Of a DNA stretch of 51,436 nt, positions 47,190 to 51,436 are shown piece by piece (position 1 is the first letter of the stretch; every line of letters starts with the position of its first letter). The stretch covers positions 1 to 51,436 of the forward strand of contig JAGLWM010000006.1 in the NCBI GenBank assembly GCA_023133415.1. The letters are read 5' to 3'. A model generated the notes under the pieces. The model worked only from the letters and a program-made list of their open reading frames with translations, was not told the origin of the DNA and made no database searches. The translations under genes were made by a program, and so were the position numbers. Origin of the DNA: Candidatus Pacearchaeota archaeon (lineage in GTDB: Archaea > Nanobdellota > Nanobdellia > Pacearchaeales > GW2011-AR1).

Positions 47190-47624
47190 ATGTATAAAAA
47201 AAGAGGACAAGCAGCTCTAGAATTCTTAATGACATATGGCTGGGCAATTCTTTCAGCAATCATCGTCATTGGTGCTCTGGGTTCATATTTCTACTTTAGT
47301 CAAGAAGGAAGCAGTTCTATCTTTGTAAGTGCGCCATTTTATGGTGTTGCAGCAAGTGCGACAGAAGATACAGTAAAACTGGAAATTGCAAACAAAGGAG
47401 GAGAAACCCTAAGTTCGGTAACAGTTAATGTAACAGGACAAGGATGTACTCAAGATACTACGAATTTTGATGGTTCACTTAGTACTCCGCAGATTATAAC
47501 GTTAACATGTACAGGGGCAGATTCAGGAGAAACCTTTTCTGGAGATATTGTTGTGACATATCTGCGACCAGGAAGTGCGCTTCCATTAACATCCACAGGA
47601 TCCATCTCGACACCTGTAGCATAA
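47190..47624 (+). CDS. Archaeal type IV pilin (class III signal peptide)
   Basis: KKRGQAALEFLMTYGWAIL; AGGAGG RBS. Confidence 0.9.
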   Translation: MYKKRGQAALEFLMTYGWAILSAIIVIGALGSYFYFSQEGSSSIFVSAPFYGVAASATEDTVKLEIANKGGETLSSVTVNVTGQGCTQDTTNFDGSLSTPQIITLTCTGADSGETFSGDIVVTYLRPGSALPLTSTGSISTPVA

Positions 47625-47671
47625 AACCAAATTTTATTTTTTATTTTTTTAAATTTTCTTATAAAAGAATT

Positions 47672-48466
47672 TCAAACCGTCTTAAAATTATCCAAATTTC
47701 CAGAATAAGGTTTGGATGAAATACTTATCCCACTAGCTGCGCGAATATTATACGAAAACATATCCGTCGAATGATCCGTCCCCCTCATTTTATAAACTTC
47801 CAAAAAACGCTCCCTCTTTCTTTTAATCCGAGTAAAATAAAGAAAAATCAATGAATCTGCTTCAAATTCTAAAACCCTAGAAGAACGCTTCTTATCAATC
47901 AATGGATCCCTCTCATAAATCAAAAGTGAAGTGCATGTCCAGCTCCGAAGTAACGAAAACAAAGCCAACGTCTTCTCTCTCATTTCAACATCATCATCAA
48001 ACAACATAACAAAAGTCGTAATACTATCCATCGCAATCCTCTGAATCTTCTTATTCAAAACAATCGTTTCAATATCACCCCCACCCTCTTCAAGCAGCGT
48101 CCTAATTTTATCCGGCGTATACGGCAAAAAGAAAAACTTCCCTGACTTCTCAAGCTTATTCAAATCCCAACCAAATTCCAACATATTAGCATAAAACCCA
48201 GCCTTCTCTTCTTCAAACGCAACATACAAAACATTCTCCCCCCTCTTAATTCCATCCATCAAAAATTGTATCGCAAAAATCGATTTCCCAGTCCCGCTCC
48301 CACCAACAATCAAATTCGTAGAATTCTTCTCAAATCCACCCTCAATAATCTTATCCAAATTTCGAATCCCACTAGGCACTTTCTTGACAACACCCTTACT
48401 TTTCAAAGACTTATATTTGACACTCACAGACTTCACCTTTTTTTTCACAACTTTCTTCCCAGCCAT
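47672..48466 (-). CDS. KaiC/RAD55-like single-domain RecA-fold ATPase
   Basis: GGSGTGKS, FEE, MDS, KMRGT. Confidence 0.9.
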   Translation of the reverse strand: MAGKKVVKKKVKSVSVKYKSLKSKGVVKKVPSGIRNLDKIIEGGFEKNSTNLIVGGSGTGKSIFAIQFLMDGIKRGENVLYVAFEEEKAGFYANMLEFGWDLNKLEKSGKFFFLPYTPDKIRTLLEEGGGDIETIVLNKKIQRIAMDSITTFVMLFDDDVEMREKTLALFSLLRSWTCTSLLIYERDPLIDKKRSSRVLEFEADSLIFLYFTRIKRKRERFLEVYKMRGTDHSTDMFSYNIRAASGISISSKPYSGNLDNFKTV

Positions 48467-48510
48467 ACAACCATCTAATTAACTACATATAAAAACATTG
48501 TGCCAACACC

Positions 48511-49437
48511 TCATCCAACAAGCCCTGCCATAGTCCCAGACAAAACATAACCCAATATGAAAAATATCCCCAAACTTAAAATCAACATAATCGGCAAATA
48601 TCGCAACCCCTCCCTCTCACTCCCCTTACTGACCAAGCCCAAAACAAGCGCCGCCATAACATCCATCACAATAATAAACAAAATCGAAAAATAATAAATA
48701 AAACTTACCGAAATACTCACAGACGAAAAAGAAACCGGAATATTTTGAGGCAAAGAATCGGGGCTTACTCCACCCATCAAATTCGTCATAGTCTCAACCA
48801 AAATACCAGACAACGCAAACAGCCCCGGCGCAAAAATTGCAACGGCCAAGAAAATAAAAATAGTATACATCAAAACCTGCGATGCTGCCTTCTTCTCGAT
48901 AAAATCCCGCTGCCTCATACTTCGCGAAGTCTCCTCTAACAAAATCGCCAAATTACCACCAGCTCGAATCCCCGACAAAATAATCGAAAGCGTCTTATCA
49001 ACCTTCTCAGAATCAATTCTCTTAGACATCATCTTCAATGCAAACCCAACCGGCTTTCCCGTCGAAATATCCCGGCCCGCTTGCAAAATTTCCTTATCAA
49101 GTGGCGCAAACTCAGGACGAGCGCCAAGAAGCATCGCATGGTCCACAGTCATCCCAGCCCTCAAATTACTTGCGACCAACTGCAAAAAATCAGGGAAAAC
49201 ATCTTCAATCTTTTTTATCCGAGCAGCCTTCTTAAGAGAATTCATAAACTTCGAAGTTGAAAAAACAACAAAAAATCCAACAAAAAACCCAATAGCCGTA
49301 GAAATAAAATTCCCATAAATAAGATATACAACAACCCCAATTAAAAGCGCCACCATACCAGAAAACATTCCCCATCTTCTTTCCGCCAAAACCTTTTCCC
49401 TATCTACCTTTACCAGTAACTTCTTTTTTCTCTTCAT
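48511..49437 (-). CDS. Type IV pilus/T2SS F-family membrane platform protein (TadC-like)
   Basis: FPDFLQLVASNLRAGM..GGNLAILLE + TMs. Confidence 0.9.
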   Translation of the reverse strand: MKRKKKLLVKVDREKVLAERRWGMFSGMVALLIGVVVYLIYGNFISTAIGFFVGFFVVFSTSKFMNSLKKAARIKKIEDVFPDFLQLVASNLRAGMTVDHAMLLGARPEFAPLDKEILQAGRDISTGKPVGFALKMMSKRIDSEKVDKTLSIILSGIRAGGNLAILLEETSRSMRQRDFIEKKAASQVLMYTIFIFLAVAIFAPGLFALSGILVETMTNLMGGVSPDSLPQNIPVSFSSVSISVSFIYYFSILFIIVMDVMAALVLGLVSKGSEREGLRYLPIMLILSLGIFFILGYVLSGTMAGLVG

Positions 49438-50315
49438 AGCAAGCTCGGCCTCTTCGATTTAATCATTCCCAAAAACATTATCTGAAAAAATACAACCAAA
49501 ACAAAAAGCCCAATAAACGCCCCCTTCGTAAGATTTTCTTCAAGCCCAATCATCGACGCAATCACCGTCATAAAACTAACCGACAACGCCGGGATAATCA
49601 CCGAAATTAACATATACATCATAATCAGCGGATTCAACTTATTTCCATAATTCTGAATCTGAATCATTTGTTCCTCGTTCAAAGTCTTGATATTATCCTG
49701 AATAATCATCGACATATCACTTCCCGCATTCAACCCATTACTAATTTGCCAAAGAGTCCTCTTAAAAAAAACCGAATGACTATTAGCGCTCAAATCCGCC
49801 AAAACCTCAGCCTCGGGCTCACCCGAACCAATCCGCTTAACCGCCTTCTTAAATTCCACACTCAACTCCCCATAATTCGAATTAGAAACATTTGTCAAAA
49901 TATCAAACAACGGAATCCCAGAATTTAACTGAATCGAAATATCCTCCAAAGCAAAAATTAAATTCTTTTCAATGTCCTTTTCCTTCTTCGAAACAAATAC
50001 TTTAGGATAGGCTAATTGACTGAATGAAACAAATCCTGCAAAAACCGCCGCCAACCCAGCCCCAATTAAATAAAAAAATCCAACCCCAACAATCATAAAA
50101 ACAATACTAAAAATAATAAATAGAATCAAGAACAGATTAACATACGACCAAAGCACGATTCCCAAATAGTTTTCACGACTCAAATTAACATCAACCCATT
50201 TCAAATAACCCTCCAAAGACGAATCCTTCTTATGTCGAAACCACGAAGAAAATGGCCGAGACCGAGACCTCAGTTTCTCAATACCCGAAGACGTAAAAGG
50301 AATCCTAAATCCCAT
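49434..50315 (-). CDS. Type IV pilus/T2SS F-family membrane platform protein (TadB/C-like)
   Basis: QLNSGIPLF..YGELSVEF..QISNG. Confidence 0.9.
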   Translation of the reverse strand: MGFRIPFTSSGIEKLRSRSRPFSSWFRHKKDSSLEGYLKWVDVNLSRENYLGIVLWSYVNLFLILFIIFSIVFMIVGVGFFYLIGAGLAAVFAGFVSFSQLAYPKVFVSKKEKDIEKNLIFALEDISIQLNSGIPLFDILTNVSNSNYGELSVEFKKAVKRIGSGEPEAEVLADLSANSHSVFFKRTLWQISNGLNAGSDMSMIIQDNIKTLNEEQMIQIQNYGNKLNPLIMMYMLISVIIPALSVSFMTVIASMIGLEENLTKGAFIGLFVLVVFFQIMFLGMIKSKRPSLL

Positions 50316-50398
50316 CCACCTTTCCCATAAATTTACATTTCATTTTATCCTCTCATAAGTTTAACTCGTAGCTCACAGATACAATAACCCTCAAACAT

Positions 50399-51436
50399 TT
50401 ACCGCTTAGCCTCAGCCAATTTAAACAACTTTACATTGTTCTGCTTAATTTCCTTCAGCAAAAGATATTTATCTGAATAATAATAATTCATAACCTTCCC
50501 GAACTCCTTCAAGCTCCGAATCCCATTCTTTATCAACCACATCAAAATTCCTTTCTTTTCCTCAAGATTTTTATTAACTTCATCTTGCGTCATCCCAGTA
50601 TTCCGCGAAATATCTTCAAAAAACTTCGAGCTCTGCGCATGCCTAATAATTTTATCTCCTTCCTTAATCCACCGATAAAGAATATTTGCATCTGTTCTAT
50701 CCCCCTTCACATTGAACTCCGCAACTTGCAAAACTCTCCTAATCCCTCTCCGCCGATCCCGAAACATCACAACATTCAAATTCACAGCACCAAGCAAATT
50801 AGCAGGAACACTTAAAGGAGGATTAATCAATCTAGAAATAGTTTCTGATGCCGAATTTGCATGCATTGTAGCATAAACCGAATGACCAGTATGCATAGCC
50901 TCAAACAAAACCATTGCCTCTTCCTTTCGCCTCATCTCACCCAAAACAATTCGATCAGGTCTCATCCTCAGAGAGTTCACCAAAAGATCAAGCATCGTAA
51001 TCGCACCCTTCCCCTCAGGATTAGCACTCCGAGTCACAAGCGGCGTCCAATACAAAAACTCTGGTAACATTAACTCCCTAGTATCCTCAACACTAATTAC
51101 CCGATGATTCGGAGGAACAAATGGCATACACGCATTCAAAATCACAGTCTTTCCCGAAGCTGTTCCACCCGAAACAATTACATTCATTTCATATTCAACT
51201 GCTAACCACAACAACGTCGCGACCTCAATACTGCACGTCTTATTTCCAATCAAATCAATAATTGTATAAGGATCCCTCGCAAAACGCCTAATAGTAATAG
51301 TATTCCCCTTGGTGGAAATCGGATAAAGCACCGCATTCACCCTATCTCCAGAAACCAAATGCGCATCCAGCAAAGGGCTCAAAACCGTAATTTGCCGTCC
51401 AACTCGCCGAGCAATAATATTAGAATAATTAATAAT
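50399..51436 (-). CDS. CpaF/TadA-family pilus assembly ATPase (5' end outside window)
   Basis: GGTASGKT, VEDTREL, LRMRPDRIVLGEMR, TGH..TMHA. Confidence 0.95.
   Translation of the reverse strand: MINYSNIIARRVGRQITVLSPLLDAHLVSGDRVNAVLYPISTKGNTITIRRFARDPYTIIDLIGNKTCSIEVATLLWLAVEYEMNVIVSGGTASGKTVILNACMPFVPPNHRVISVEDTRELMLPEFLYWTPLVTRSANPEGKGAITMLDLLVNSLRMRPDRIVLGEMRRKEEAMVLFEAMHTGHSVYATMHANSASETISRLINPPLSVPANLLGAVNLNVVMFRDRRRGIRRVLQVAEFNVKGDRTDANILYRWIKEGDKIIRHAQSSKFFEDISRNTGMTQDEVNKNLEEKKGILMWLIKNGIRSLKEFGKVMNYYYSDKYLLLKEIKQNNVKLFKLAEAKR

Noticed and set aside
47672-48466. KaiC as a circadian clock component
   Set aside because: Single-domain ATPase next to pilus genes, a common archaeal arrangement; no kaiA/kaiB.

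Overview
Archaeal chromosomal DNA, most consistent with a DPANN archaeon (Pacearchaeota/Woesearchaeota-like; inferred from gene content and style, not from a search). The core genes are MCM, an RPA subunit, TBP, ATP-dependent DNA ligase, Cbf5/TruB, eL31, eL39, eS19, eL15, MetRS, MinD, NAC, Sec61beta, ScpB, aMBF1, tRNA-Ile(GAT) and a type IV pilus (Tad-like) locus. Core DNA is strongly C/A-rich on the + strand whatever the gene orientation, which explains most of the long + strand shadow ORFs. Several AT-rich, weakly skewed islands interrupt it. Main observations: (1) two unannotated arrays of four sequence-variable hairpins joined by conserved linkers, each a few bases past a housekeeping stop codon (mcm, rpl15e) and sharing an 11-nt end motif; (2) an apparently complete 3.1-kb DDE transposon with terminal inverted repeats, a perfect 9-bp target duplication and regulator plus PIN-domain cargo; (3) a DpnI-like methyl-directed nuclease between remnants of two DNA methyltransferases; (4) a phasin-like/UbiB/patatin island between yhbY and rps19e, partly bounded by 21-bp direct repeats; (5) a 1.6-kb islet flanked by a 52-bp duplication of the truB 3' end; (6) heptamer tracts and palindromic elements, some in frame within housekeeping genes; (7) a pair of large fibre-like surface-protein genes, one missed by the ORF track. 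All family calls come from motif recognition by eye.
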